In this document: piece by piece, positions 36,941 through 50,074 of the stretch | Numbering within the stretch: position 1 is the first letter of the stretch | Layout of the letters: each line of letters starts with the position of its first letter | Source of the DNA: Leucoraja ocellata | Lineage: Eukaryota | NCBI GenBank assembly: GCA_036785375.1 | Contig: JAWMAR010000224.1 | Coordinates: forward strand, 1,488,001-1,552,000 | Direction: 5' to 3' | DNA: 64,000 nt | Notes under the pieces: model-generated | What the model saw: only the letters and a program-made list of their open reading frames with translations | Database searches by the model: none | Told to the model about the DNA's origin: nothing | Program-made: the position numbers and the translations under genes

Positions 36941-38179
36941 TTGAAATCGCATGCAGCACCCTCGTGGCTGGCTGTGGGAGGTGCCCCGGGACATAAAGGC
37001 TGAACTGTTGGCTGGGCGAGGAGAGGGATGGCGGTTCGCTGGCCGACTCGGGAGACCGCTGGAGGCCCTACAGCAGCCTGGGGTTCGACTGGGTCAGACG
37101 CCGCTCCAAGAGACAGTACACACACAGGTGCAGCCTACAGTGGCACAGAGCGGTGGAGCAGCAGAGGACGATGCCTACAGCTTCTCTTGGCCAGGCCGAC
37201 CCTGCAACGTTGCCAGAACTACAGGCCTTTATTGCCATGAGGTCACAAGCGACAGGAATAAAATTAGGCCATTCGGCCCATCAAGTCTACTCCCCCATTC
37301 AGTCATGGCTGATCCATCTCTCCCTCCTAACCCCATTCTTCTGCCTTCTCCCCATAACCTCCAACACCCGTACTAATAAAAAAAAATCTATCTCTGCCAA
37401 CTGCACTTAAAGCAACTTCGACTTTGCAAATGGTGCCAAAACCTGCAGACTCTTGTATATAGTCTCAGTGGACCATTCCTTTATAAATTGTACTTAATCT
37501 AAGATTGTGCTATCGTACAGTAATACTTTCCTGAACTGTTTGCAAAAAAGTGATTTCACTGTACCTGTAATCACTGTACACAAGACAACTAAAGGACCAT
37601 TGACCAAATAGATTCAGAGACAGCCTCTTCTTCCGTTATCAGACTTCTGAACAGTCCTGCCACAAATTAGGATACAGTCTGGCTTTTCCAATGTACCACA
37701 CTGTGGAATTTAGACTTTCTCTTCTTTGAAACTGCTACACGACAACGCTGAGAAACCACTGTATAGTCTGCACTCTGGTATTTTCTTCCCTGAACAATTT
37801 TACTTGCGTTTAGCTTAATAGCATTAACTGATTTGATTGGATAGCATGCAAGCAAATCATTTTCACTGAATGTCACTACAAGTGACAAACCCAAATCCGA
37901 ACCAAAATCACTGAAATGGTAGATCATGTTGAAAGAATCATTGGAGGATCTTCGACCTAAAAAAAACCCAACAATTCCAAAGTTAGGAGTCGTGTTGAAT
38001 ATGCAAAATACTGGTTGGGTCAAAACTAGAGTACTACATCCAATTTAGGTTGTAAAGGGCCTAGCGTGCATCCAGAAGAGACTTCGAGGATGGTTCCAGG
38101 AATAAGAGGTTTCAGCTTTAAGGTTAGACAGAAGCTGGGGTTGTTCTCCTTGATGCTAAAGTTGATTCAAAGGAGATTT

Positions 38180-38992
38180 ATACAATACAATTTTTTATTT
38201 GTCAGACAGAAATGTTGTTTCTGCAGTTATACACACAATCAAAAGATCCAAGACACAACACAATTTACACAAACATCCATCACAGCGTATCTCCTCCTCG
38301 CTGTGATGGAAGGCAAAAACTTATCCCTCCCCTGCACTCCCCAATTCCCCTCCTGATGTCAGAGTCAAAGCCCCCGGCGGGCGATGGTAATCATTAACGT
38401 CACGCTGGGCGATGCAAGGCCATGCTCGGGGTCGTGTTGTTGGAGCCCCCAGCGGGCGCTAGCAAAGTCCCACAGCCATTCCAAGCCGCGTGGGGCGGTG
38501 ATGTATGGCCCCGCTCCAGGTACTCTTCGACCCCGCAACTCGGGCGGGAGAAGTCGCCGTTGCGGAAGACCCGAAAAGCGGTCTCCCAGCAGGGACCCGC
38601 GGGCTCCCGGTGTCACCGTCCACCAGACCTGCGGTTGGAGCCTCTGAATCTCCGGGGTCGGGTCGCAGCAGCGCGCAACCACAGCTCCACCCGCTCCGAA
38701 CTCGGCCAGCTCCACGATGGTGAGTAGGTCTGCAGGCTCCGCGACTGGAGCCCTAGGTCATTCCTGCTGGAGGCCGCTCCACGTTGCTCAACCCCAACAA
38801 CAACAGAGACCCGACAAGGAAAAGGTTGGGTTCTCCGTGCAGGGGAAAGATTTTAAGTTTCCCCACCCCCCCCGCCCCCCACACACACACACACATACCC
38901 CGTCAAAAAATAAATAAAAACTACATTGAAGCAGGACAAAAAATAATAAAAAAGACAGACGGACTGCAGAGGCCGCTGCGATGTACGAGATC
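38180..38992 (-). mobile_element. Non-autonomous GC-rich element with Rex/L2-type 3' end
   Basis: Minus strand begins near gcagcggcctctgcagtccgtctgtc and ends tgacaAATAAA...ttgtattgtat. Carries the tccatcacag hairpin. Confidence 0.6.
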
Positions 38993-39289
38993 ATGACTTG
39001 TTTAGAAGGAGTAAGCCGATTGTAATGTATCCTTCAGCAGATGGTTCAAGGGTTAAGGGGCACAGACTTCCAATTCTAAACAAAAGATTTTAGAAGATTT
39101 GAGGAGAAACTTTTATTAAAAATGCAGAGATAATAATGATCTCAGCTCACTGCCTGTGAGGGTGTTGGAAGCAGAATGAATCGGGTCTAGCAAGAGGGAA
39201 ATTAATGGGCAACTGATGGAGAATAATTTGAAGAGCCAAGTGGAAAGAATGTAAAATGGGATGTTATTACATTGTTTGTTAGATGGAAA

Positions 39290-39592
39290 GATCCAGCAGG
39301 GAAGCAAACCTTTTGGCCCACAAATCCATGCCGACCATTGATCACCTGTTCACACACCAGTTCTATGTTATCCCACTTTCTCATCCACTCCCTGCACTAT
39401 AGGGGCATCTTACAGAGGCCAATTAACCTACAAACCCACATGCCTTTGGGATGTGGGAGGAAACCGGAGCACCCGGAGGAAACCCACAAGAAAAAAAAGT
39501 GCAAACTACACACAGGCAACACCCAAGGTCAGGATCGAACCAAGGTGCCTGGTGCTATAATTTGAGCCATTCCAACAGCTGCACTAATGTGC
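39290..39592 (-). mobile_element. HE1-related SINE subfamily
   Basis: ggccaattaacctacaaaccc...gggaggaaaccggagcacccggag...ggatcgaacc. Confidence 0.75.
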
Positions 39593-39824
39593 CGGCCTCG
39601 GTAGGCCGTTTACTTGGACCCAACAGAGTTGGGGAAAAATGGCCATCTCCAGTGCCTGAACACTGCCAAGATTCCTGACATAATTGATGATTGGTTCAGC
39701 CTTCCCCCCCCCCCCCCCCCCCCACTGCTACACTGCGGAAATTAGAACCAATTCATCTCTTTCTTCCACTCACTCTTTCCAATTCTGATCCTGCAAGTTA
39801 TTCAAGACAAAACATTAACTCTGT

Positions 39825-39950
39825 TGTGTAAGAAGGAACTGCAGATGCTGGTTTAAACTGTAGACACAAAAAGCTGGAGTAACTCAGCAGGACAGGCAGC
39901 ATCTCTGGAGGGAAGCAATGGGTGACATTTTGGGTCAAGACCCTTCTTGT
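39825..39950 (-). mobile_element. Penelope-derived terminal unit
   Basis: gtgtaagaaggaactgcagatgctgg...gggtgacattttgggtcaagacccttctt. Confidence 0.75.
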
Positions 39951-40591
39951 GCCCAACATTAACTCTTTTTCTTTCCAGAGACATCACCCGACTTGACGAG
40001 TATTTTCAACTTGTTCTACTTCCATCTCTTTAGCCAAGTCACCTGTGCATGTTTCTGGGCTGATGGACAGCTGATAGGAGTTGAAATAGTATCCCTATTT
40101 AAGTCCAGATCTCAAATTGAACTTCGACCTCCGAAGATCATTACAAAATGCAACAATTTTTTAAAATCTATACGAGCTTCTGCTCTCCCTTTTTCCCCCC
40201 CCACTCCTCTGCCATTAAATTCATTGTAGGAAGGTCAAGCATTTCTCTAAAAAGCAAAGAAAATTAGAGGTGGCGCTGCCCTTTGGCGAGGCAACATGCC
40301 TTTTGCCAGCTGCCACAAAGGATCATTAATGGGGTCCTTGCCGTAGGTCACTTAGTCTCTCAATTGAAGTTAATGCTTGACTAATGGAGAGAGATTCAAT
40401 ACCATTGTAAATAAGTGACAGCAGACCCATTTAAGCAAACGGTCCTTATTTCTGTTAAAGATTCAAGTCATTAACTTCTCATTTTTAACCGCAGAATGCC
40501 CTGATGAAATCCATCACAAACGACTCTTTCAAAGAACAAAAATACCTATATATACACAATGTATCCCACCCCAAAAAAAGTGTTAGAATTA

Positions 40592-40988
40592 AGCCCTTGT
40601 CCCACTTAGGAGACCTAAACAGCAACCTCTGGTGACCATGCCCGCCACCTAACGCTTCCATGAGGTCACCGGAGGTTTTGGTCACACTCCCTAACGGTCG
40701 AAAGTGGTTTCCGCATGGTCGAAGCTTCATCTAGGTTGCTGCTATTTTTCATCATGATTAAAACCGGCCTCAACTATAAAAAGGTTGCCGTTTTAAAAAT
40801 CAATAATTTTTTAATCGCGGGTCTAGTCGAAGCCGGTTTTCTTCATAGTCGAGGAAGGTTTTCAACATATGCGTGGGAGGTGGTAGGAGGTTGGAGGTTG
40901 CAGGTCACCTCGACCTTGATTTTGTTTTTGGGTGGCGGGCAAGGTCACCAGAGGTTGCTGTTTAGGTCTCCTAAGTGGGACAGGGGCT
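40592..40988. mobile_element. PIF/Harbinger-type MITE with long TIRs
   Basis: TIRs of about 55 bp, agcccttgtcccacttaggagacctaaacagcaacctctggtgacc... and its reverse complement. TTA TSD. Confidence 0.9.
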
Positions 40989-41301
40989 TTATCAATCTGC
41001 TGCTGCCTTCACTGCTTCCGTCTCAAAATGTTGGCATCCTGACCTAACAACATGGTTAGGTATGTTCAGCTCCTGGACTTTAAAGCTCACCACTACATTA
41101 TCAAGGACAACCAAGTATGAGCTGTAAATGCTTCCATGGCCATATCCCTAATGAATTTTTCTTTTTTTGTTTTAAAACTCCCCAGCTACACTTTTATTAT
41201 TTTGTGGTGCAGGGATTGAGGAAACAATTCTGCACGAGCAGAGAAGTATTACATTAACTTTATATTATATTACACAAAGTATTACATTAACTTTGCTTTA
41301 C

Positions 41302-41418
41302 GTCAGATCAATGGAGGAAGTCACCTTGGGGTCCTCGCATGCATGTCTGATTCCCCTTTTTGACAGCAGGACTGGCAGAAGCTCAGGATCACAAGCTCTG
41401 GCTGTCTTAGATATAATT
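41302..41418 (-). other. Candidate spliced exon of an unidentified host gene
   Basis: Non-repetitive sequence. Acceptor tttcctctttgatccctcgtccAG. Donors AAG|GTGACT (94 nt) or GAC|GTAAAG (117 nt, one open frame). Confidence 0.25.
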
Positions 41419-42614
41419 CTGGACGAGGGATCAAAGAGGAAATTTTTTTTTTTTTTTTAAAACACTTAAACCAAAACAAAATCAATACACTATAGAAGTG
41501 ACACCTTTAACCTTATGCCCTCTGAACCACGATGCGGCAACTAACAAAGTCAGCACTTTTTCAAAGCAAAATGCAAATGCATTACAGACTGAACATCAAT
41601 CATTTGCGCATGGTGGTTTCAAAAACCATCATTACTAACTGCAAAAAAAATATACATCAAATCACGCACTAATACCTTCTGAACTGTCTACTCATCAACT
41701 TTCTACCCAATTAACATTACTCCTTTGTTAAAATCTCCACTGCTTGAATTTTACTGCTGTTACACTATTGCAAATAGCACTTAATGGTTTTTTATTGGCC
41801 ACCCTTCATAAAATGAAATTGCCATTCCACTTTGGAACACAACATGATAAATCTTCTGAAGGCCATTAGGTTATCACTAACTTAAATAATGTGAAAAGGT
41901 AAATTTAAATAAGAGGAGCATTCAAGATGGAGTACTTTATATTTTAATTGTTGATAATACTCCTTTTTTGCTTTTACCCCGCCTTATGCGAATTATTACA
42001 AATCTGCAGCATTTAGAAAGATCTCCCAACTTAAATAGGACTTGCACAATAAAGCAAAATGATGGTCATCAGGAGCTATTGAAGCACAAATAGTATGCAC
42101 ATCAGACTTTTCAATTAAATTGAAGGATCAAATGGAGTGACAATCTGCAACCAAAGGATTCTCGCCCAGCTCTTGCGTGGCTCAGTAGCTCTTCAATTGT
42201 CCGTCTGTACTGTCAGCAGAAACAGCACGATATTTACTGTCACCACAGCTGTTTTCCCTTGGTTCGACCGCACAGTTCAAGACAAACCTTGCCATTTAAT
42301 TTGAAGCCTAATAGTAACCTATTGCTATCAGAACTGGACAGCCTCATGGCACCAGAGACCTGGGTTCAATCATGTCTACGGGTGCTGCCTGCACGGAGTT
42401 TGTATCTTCTCCCTGTGACCGTGCGAGATATATAATAAACACCCGGTTGTGCAATAGTGATGAAGGACCATATGATATTTATGAAATATTATCAAATGCA
42501 ACCAATAATTATATGGCACCAAAAACTTACCATTTTTCCGGCATGCTAGGTAATTGTTCTTGTACACCATGCAAAAACAACTCATCAATACTACTTATAA
42601 AGTACTTTATAAGT

Positions 42615-43290
42615 AATAGACAATAGATGCAGGAGTATGCCATTTGGCCCTTCGAGCCAGCACCACCATTCATTGTGGTCATGGCTGATCATCCACAATC
42701 AGTACCCCGTTCCTGCCTTCTCCCCACATCCCGACTCCGCTATTGTGGTCATGGCTGATCATCCACAATCAGTACCCCGTTCCTGCCTTCTCCCCATATC
42801 CCCTGACTCCGCTAACATAAACATTACCCTTTTTCTTTTTTTTCTTTTTTTAAATCATGAGAGTGCTGAAAATGCAGTTCACAAAGGATACACAAGTCTG
42901 TAAGTCATAGGAACAGAAGTAGGCCATTCAACCCATCGAGTCTACTCCACCATTCAATTATGGTTGGTCTACCTTTCGCTCTCCCCATTCTCCTGCCTTC
43001 TCCCCGTAACCCTCGATACCCTTACTAATCAAGTACCTGTCAATCTCTGCTTTAAAAATACCCAAAGACTTGGCCACCAAAGCCGTCAGTGGCAATGATT
43101 TTCATAGATTCACCACACATTGGCTAAAGAAATTCCTCCTCGCCTCCTTTCTAAAGGTACGTCCTTTTATTTTAAGATCGTGACCTCAGGTCCAAGAATC
43201 TCCCACTGGTGAAAACATCCTGTCCACATCCACTCTATCCAGGCCTTTCATTATATGGCAAGATTCTATGAGATTAACCCCCCCATCCTT
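42615..43290 (-). mobile_element. Two CR1 3' fragments; the first has an internal tandem duplication of about 70 bp
   Basis: attgtggtcatggctgatcatccacaatcagtaccccgttcctgccttctcccc occurs twice. Second fragment at about 42900-43290. Confidence 0.8.
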
Positions 43291-43609
43291 CTAATGTTGA
43301 ATGTCACTCTAGTTTAGTATAGTTTATCAGCGGAAAGACTATACAAGATTACAATGGAGCCGTCCACAGTGTACAGTCACAGGATAAAGGGAATAACATA
43401 GAATGTAGTGCAAGATAAAATCCAGTAAAGTGAAGCTACTGTCATGGGAAGATCTTTCAGATTATTCCATCAAGCAGCTTGAGCAAGCGTGATTGCTGCT
43501 CCCGTCAGCAACAGCCAAGGCCCGGTAGCAAGTGGGACTATCTTAGTCAGTATGGATTAGTTGGCTGAAGGGTCTGTTTCCATGCTGTATGACTAACAGA
43601 CCTGTTGAA

Positions 43610-43870
43610 TTTTAGGTTAGAAATTCAGCGCGGAAACGGGCCCTTCGACACGAGTCCACACCGACCAGCGATCCCTGCATATTAACACTCGATACACTAG
43701 GGACAATTTACACTTATACCAAGCCAATTAACCTACAAACCTGTAGATCTTTGGAGTGAGGGAGGAAACCGAATATCTCGGAGAAAACCCACGCAGGTCA
43801 CGGGGAGAACGTACAAACTCCGTACAGACAGCACCCGCGGTCGGGATCGAACCCAGAACTCTACTGCTGT
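43610..43870 (-). mobile_element. HE1-like SINE
   Basis: cagcgcggaaacgggcccttcg...gggatcgaaccc. Confidence 0.85.
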
Positions 43871-44909
43871 ATAATGGTACTAAATACTATTGTGAATAGA
43901 CTCAAGAGGAACAGATAAAATACCATGGCACTGAAAACAATCACCAGCATCAACGTGATGATTAAAACCGTGCTATTATTGTGGAGGCAGCTGCCTCCAT
44001 AAAGTAAAATGACTTGCAGACACATACAGTGCAAGTTGTATTGAAAAACCAACCATCCTGTGTAAACGGAACCCAGAATATCAGAACTCAGACCATGAAG
44101 CAAATGTTGAAGCTATTGCAGATGGCATCAACAATTCATTTAACTGTGGATACAATTTGCCATTAAACATAATTGTCAAATTACTCGGTAATAATAGAAG
44201 TTAATATCTGCAACTTGCATATCTATGCAAGATTTCCTACAGGCAGATATATTAATCTGATGATTCAACAACCTTTAGCAATCTTCACCTTCATCGTACA
44301 CTAACAATGCAGTGAGCAAATGTCAGGGGATTTTTCATTTCAACAGCATTTACAGTTTGGGAAAGGTTTTTATTGCAATGACATTCAAAACCAAAACATT
44401 ATACTCTATGTGATCTTACGTGTTTAATACTCTGAGTTTTTACAATGTCAGCCAATTACATTTGCAACATCCATAACCAACCCCACCGTTTGGATTATAG
44501 ACAGCATCTGTGTAAATATAATGGCGACAACTGTGATCACGAGCAAGGCTAAAGCAGCAATGAAACAAGATGCTGTTCTGCCATTTGCACTCAAATATTC
44601 CAACATTTACACAATGAATCAGACCATTCTCAGACCATTACCCTCCCTACCCGTTTCACCACTTTCTGAGAACTATGGACTTGTACCCCAAGGTCCCTCT
44701 GCAAACAAACATTACCGAGGTCCCTGTTATTGACTCTGTCCTAGTAGACTTTGATCTCTTGAAGTGCACTATCTCTCACTTATCTGGATGAAATTCCATC
44801 TCCATCGCTCCACCAAACATACCAGCTGATTATACACTGCTGAACCTTTTGTTGATGATAACTCCACCATTCGTATGTCACCTGTAAACTTACAAATCAT
44901 ACCAGCTAC

Positions 44910-45255
44910 NNNNNNNNNNNNNNNNNNNNNNNNNNNNNNNNNNNNNNNNNNNNNNNNNNNNNNNNNNNNNNNNNNNNNNNNNNNNNNNNNNNNNNNNNNN
45001 NNNNNNNNNNNNNNNNNNNNNNNNNNNNNNNNNNNNNNNNNNNNNNNNNNNNNNNNNNNNNNNNNNNNNNNNNNNNNNNNNNNNNNNNNNNNNNNNNNNN
45101 NNNNNNNNNNNNNNNNNNNNNNNNNNNNNNNNNNNNNNNNNNNNNNNNNNNNNNNNNNNNNNNNNNNNNNNNNNNNNNNNNNNNNNNNNNNNNNNNNNNN
45201 NNNNNNNNNNNNNNNNNNNNNNNNNNNNNNNNNNNNNNNNNNNNNNNNNNNNNNN
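44910..45255. other. Assembly gap (346 N) inside a decayed minus-strand CR1 RT fragment
   Basis: Run of N. Flank reads GMICKFTGD (resembling KFADD). Confidence 0.95.
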
Positions 45256-45429
45256 GCACTGATCCATGCGGTACACACCCGGTTACAGATTTCCAGTCAG
45301 TAAATAACCTTCACCCTCTGCACCCATCACCCAGTGCATTTTGGATCCCGTTCACCAACATTTCCTGACCACCTGGTGCCGAACCCTTCTGGATCAGCCT
45401 TCCAAGTTGGACTTTACCTGTGTGTCATG

Positions 45430-47292
45430 ATGCAATACGGGGTGCAAAGATGAAATACAAAGGTAAGCTCGCCAAGAATATAAAGGATTGTAAAATCTTC
45501 TTTTGGTATGTTAAGAGAAAAAGATTAGTAAAGACAAGGTAGACACAGGTGAAATTATCATGGGGAACAAGAAAATGGCAGAAGAGTTGAACAGGTACTT
45601 TGGTCCCGTCTTCACTAAGGAAGACACAATCTCCCAGATGTATTAGAGGACAGAGGATTTCAGGAGACAGAGGAACTGAAAGAACTATGCATTTGGCGAA
45701 AAATAGTATTGGGTAGACCGGTGGGACTTAAGGCTGATAAATCCCCAGGGCCTGATGATCTGCATCTCAGGGTACTCAATGAGGTGGTTCTAGAAATCGT
45801 GGACACATAGGTGATCATTTCCCAATGTTTTATAGATTCAGGATCAGTTCCTGTGCATTGGACGGTAGCTAATGTTATCCCACTTTTCAAGAAACGAGCT
45901 AGAGAGAAAACAGGGAATTATAGACCAGTTAGCCTGACATTGATGGTGGGGAAGATGCTGGAGTCAATTATTAAAGAGGTAATAATGGCGTATTTGGAAA
46001 GCAGTAAAAGGATTGGTCCAAGTGCACACTAATTTATGAAGGGGTATTCTTGCTCGACTAATCTTCTGGAATTTTTTTAAGGATGTGACAAGTAAAATGG
46101 CTGAAGGAGAGCCAGTGGATGGAGTGTATCTGGACTTCCAGAAAGCCTTTGATAAGGTTCCACACAAGAGATTAGTGGGCAAAATTAGAGCACATGGTAT
46201 TGGGGGTAGGGCATTGACAGGGATAGAGAATTGGTTGGCAGACAGGAAACAAAGAGTAGGAATAAATGGGTCCCCGTCAGAATGGTAGGCAGTGGCGAGT
46301 GGAGTGCCGCAAGGCTCGGTGCTGGGGCCGCAGCTATTTACACTATACATTAATGATTTAGATGATTGAATTAAAAGTAACGCTTGCAAATTTGCAGATG
46401 ACACAAAGCTGAGTGGCAGTGTGAACTGCGAAGAGGATGCTAAGAGGTTGTAGGGTGACTTGGACAGGTTGGGTGAGTGGGCAGACGCAGTATAATGTAG
46501 ATAAATGCAAGGTTATCCACTTGGCGGCAGGAACAAGGAGGCAGATTATCTCAATGGTATCAGATTAGGAAAAAGGTAAGTGCAACGAGACCTGGGTGTC
46601 CTTGTTCACCAGTCAATGAGAGTAAACCTGCAGGTACAGCAGGCAGTGAAGAAAGTAGTGGCATGTTGGCCTTCATAACGAGAGGATTTGAGAATAGGAG
46701 TAAAGAGGTCCTTCTGTAGTTGTACAGGGCCCTGGTGAGACCACATCTGGAGTATTGTGTCCAGTTTTCATCTCCTAATTTGAGGAAGGACATCCTTGCT
46801 ATTGAGGGAGTGCAGATTAGGTTCACGAAATTAATCCCTGGGATAGCGGGACTGTCACACGAGGAAAGACTGGGCTTGTATTTACTAGAGTTTAGAAGGA
46901 TGAGACGGGATCTTATAGAAACATAAAATTATTAAAAAGGACTGGACAAGCTAGATGCAGGAAAAATGTTTCAAATGTTGGGAGAGTCCAGAACCAGGGG
47001 CCACAGTCTACAAATAAAGGGGAGGCCATCTAAAATTGAGATGAGAGAAAAAAAGTTTTCACCCAGAGTTGTGAATTTGTAAAATTCTCTGCCACAGAAG
47101 GCAATGTCGGCCAATTCACTGGATGAATTTAAAAGAGAGTTAGATAGAGCTCTTGGGGCCAGCAGAATCAATGGGGTATGGGGAGAAGGCAGGCACGGGT
47201 TACTGATTATGGATGATCAGCCATGATGACAATGAATGGCGGTGCTGGCTCGAATGGCCGAATGGTTTCCTCCTGCACCTATTTTCTAGGTT
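45430..47292 (+). mobile_element. CR1 LINE, 5'-truncated, RT region with stops and frameshifts
   Basis: [75 protein letters not shown], 3' UTR. Confidence 0.95.
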
Positions 47293-47299
47293 TCAATGC

Positions 47300-47810
47300 A
47301 ACTTTCCAATCTTCTACATGTTTACAGCAGGGAGCATGTTGGCAGGTTGCATCACGGAGCGGTTCGGGAAGTTGAACGTCGAGGGATGAAGTAGATAACA
47401 AAAGGTGATGGTCAATGCCCAGTGCATCATGGGTACCAATCTCTCCACCATCAAAGGGATGTAGAGCAGGCACGGCCTCAAAATGGCAGCCAGCATCAGA
47501 CCCACTCCATTCTGGCCATGTGTTTATTTCACCTACCATCGGGAAGATGACAACGGACTCAGGAAAAAAGTGACCTCCAGGGACAAGAACAGTAATTTCC
47601 ATCGGGTTTGTGAACACTGCAAAATACTAACTGAACTATGAAATATGAACTGTCTTTGTTGCATGAAGGGCTGTGGGCTTTTATTTGCACTAGTATTGGG
47701 TTATTAATGTTTTATTTATTATACAAATATTATGTTCACAGGTAGTTCTGTCACTGCAAGTAAGAATGTCATTGTTCCGTTATCAGTACATGTGACAATT
47801 AACATTCTTG
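47300..47810 (+). pseudogene. Decayed Rex1-type LINE 3' end
   Basis: gagagcat..ggttgcatcac..gg, ctccaccatc, ggcagccagcatca; ends tacatgtgacaattaa. Confidence 0.55.
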
Positions 47811-48174
47811 CTTGACCTCGTCAAAAGTTTAAATAAACATAGACAACATCTACTGCCTGGTGTTCATCAGCCTTGTTGGTTTCCTCTTCCGAACACTCAA
47901 GATAATGATCTTCCCAGCACATTGTGCTGTGTTGTTCTTTCCACAGAACCGTTTGATCTAACAAATGGTTTTAATAACTCCAACATCATGTCCCAACTCT
48001 TGTAGTCAGTAACTGAGCTCTTGAAGGCAAGCCTACCAAATGTCTTGATAGACACGAAATGCTGGAGTAACAATAGGCAGCATCTCGCGAGAGAAGAAAT
48101 GGGTGATGTTTCGGGTCGAGACCCTTCAGACTAAAAAAGTGTAAATAAAAATAAGTCCCAATGCCTTATTCACT

Positions 48175-49277
48175 ATCATAGAAACATAGAAATTAGGTGC
48201 AGGAGTAGGCCATTCGGCCCTTCGAGCCTGCACCGCCATTCAATATGATCATGGCTGATCATCCAACTCAGTATCCCGTACCTGCCTTCTCTCCATACCC
48301 CCTGATCCCCTTAGCCACAAGGGCCACATCTAACTCCCTCTTAAATATAGCCAATGAACTGGCCTCAACTACCCTCTGTGGCAGAGAGTTCCAGAGATTC
48401 ACCACTCTCTGTGTGAAAAAAGTTCTTCTCATCTCGGTTTTAAAGGATTTCCCCCTTATCCTTAAGCTGTGACCCCTTGTCCTGGACTTCCCTAACATCA
48501 GGAACAATCTTCCTGCATCTAGCCTGTCCAACCCCTTAAGAATTTTGTAAGTTTCTATAAGATCCCCTCTCAATCTCCTAAATTCTAGAGAGTATAAACC
48601 AAGTCTATCCAATCTTTCTTCATAAGACAGTCCTGACATCCCAGGAATCAGTCTGGTGAACCGTCTCTGCACTCCCTCTATGGCAATAATGTCCTTCCTC
48701 AGATTTGGAGACCAAAACTGCACGCAATACTCCAGGTGTGGTCTCACCAAGACCCTGTACAACTGCAGCAGAACCTCCCTGCTCCTATACTCAAATCCTT
48801 TTGCAATGAAAGCTAACATACCATTCGCTTTCTTTACTGCCTGCTGCACCTGCATGCCTACTTTCAATGACTGGTGTACCATGACACCCAGGTCTCGCTG
48901 CATCTCCCCCTTTCCCAATCGGCCACCATTTAGATAATAGTCTGCTTTCCCGTTTTTGCCACCAAAATGGATAACCTCACATTTATCCACATTATACAGC
49001 ATCTGCCAAACATTTGCCCACTCACCCAGCCTATCCAAGTCACCTTGCAGTCTCCTAGCATTCCCCTCACAGCTAACACTGCCCCCCAGCTTAGTGTCAT
49101 CCGCAAACTTGGAGATATTGCCTTCAATTCCCTCATCCAGATCATTAATATATATTGTAAATAGCTGGGGTCCCAGCACTGAGCCTTGCGGTACCCCACT
49201 AGTCACTGCCTGCCATTGTGAAAAGGACCCGTTTACTCCTACTCTTTGCTTCCTGTTTGCCAGCCAGTTCTCTATCC
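48175..49277 (-). mobile_element. Young 5'-truncated CR1 LINE with uninterrupted RT C-terminal ORF
   Basis: ORF 48268-49296 open ([29 protein letters not shown]). TSD tattcact at 48167-48174 and 49278-49285. (TTCTATGT) tail. Confidence 0.95.
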
Positions 49278-50074
49278 TATTCACTGGTGTTGCCACTCTA
49301 GGAACCCTGACATCCCGAGAGTTTCGACCCTTTTTATTTCAGATTTTAGCATCTGGAGATGTTTTGGGGATTTGCATTCACCATTGACACTGATGATTGA
49401 GAAATTTGCAGCCTACACAACTTGCACGGGTCACAAAACACACCTGCTGACCATGAACCATTGGTGAACTGGAGAGATTTATGTAAACAGTAAAAGCAAT
49501 CTGTACTGCTTGCACCAAAGGAAAACCATGGAGGCAAGAACTTCATCCCTTTTTGAAAGAAACCTCGAATATAATGCCACCGTCAATAAAAACATACACT
49601 TTTACAACCAATACTCGTGTCATCCGGAGATACCCTGTGAAACTGATGATCAACATTTACTCAAGGATGGCAAAAATCAGGAAAAAAAAACTGCATGAAA
49701 TCAAATGCAGAGAAATATGATTCACATCTATGTCATTGGAGGATGTGGTTCTTATGAAACGCATAGTGCAAGCTAACAACTCCATTTGACATGCAGCTAT
49801 TATAAGTGACCGCTGCAAAATAATTCATGATCATCGCACCACATGGTCCATGATTCTTCATACGAAATGTGTCCTACTTCAAAGCATTCAATACACCATC
49901 AGTGAATCTGAAATCGATAACTTCAAGATCAAAGCAATGCCAGATGACTCAAGAGCCAAGTCTCTTGCATCTGGAAATCACTGAGTGTTACCCAACACTC
50001 GAGTGGAAACTTTCTTTATGCTGGAGATAGACTGAAGTGAAGCATTATCAAGAATAAAATTGGATGCCTCCTTT

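Noticed and set aside
48268-49296. 342-aa ORF as a host gene
   Set aside because: 5'-truncated CR1 ORF2 with TSD; the start codon lies in flanking DNA.
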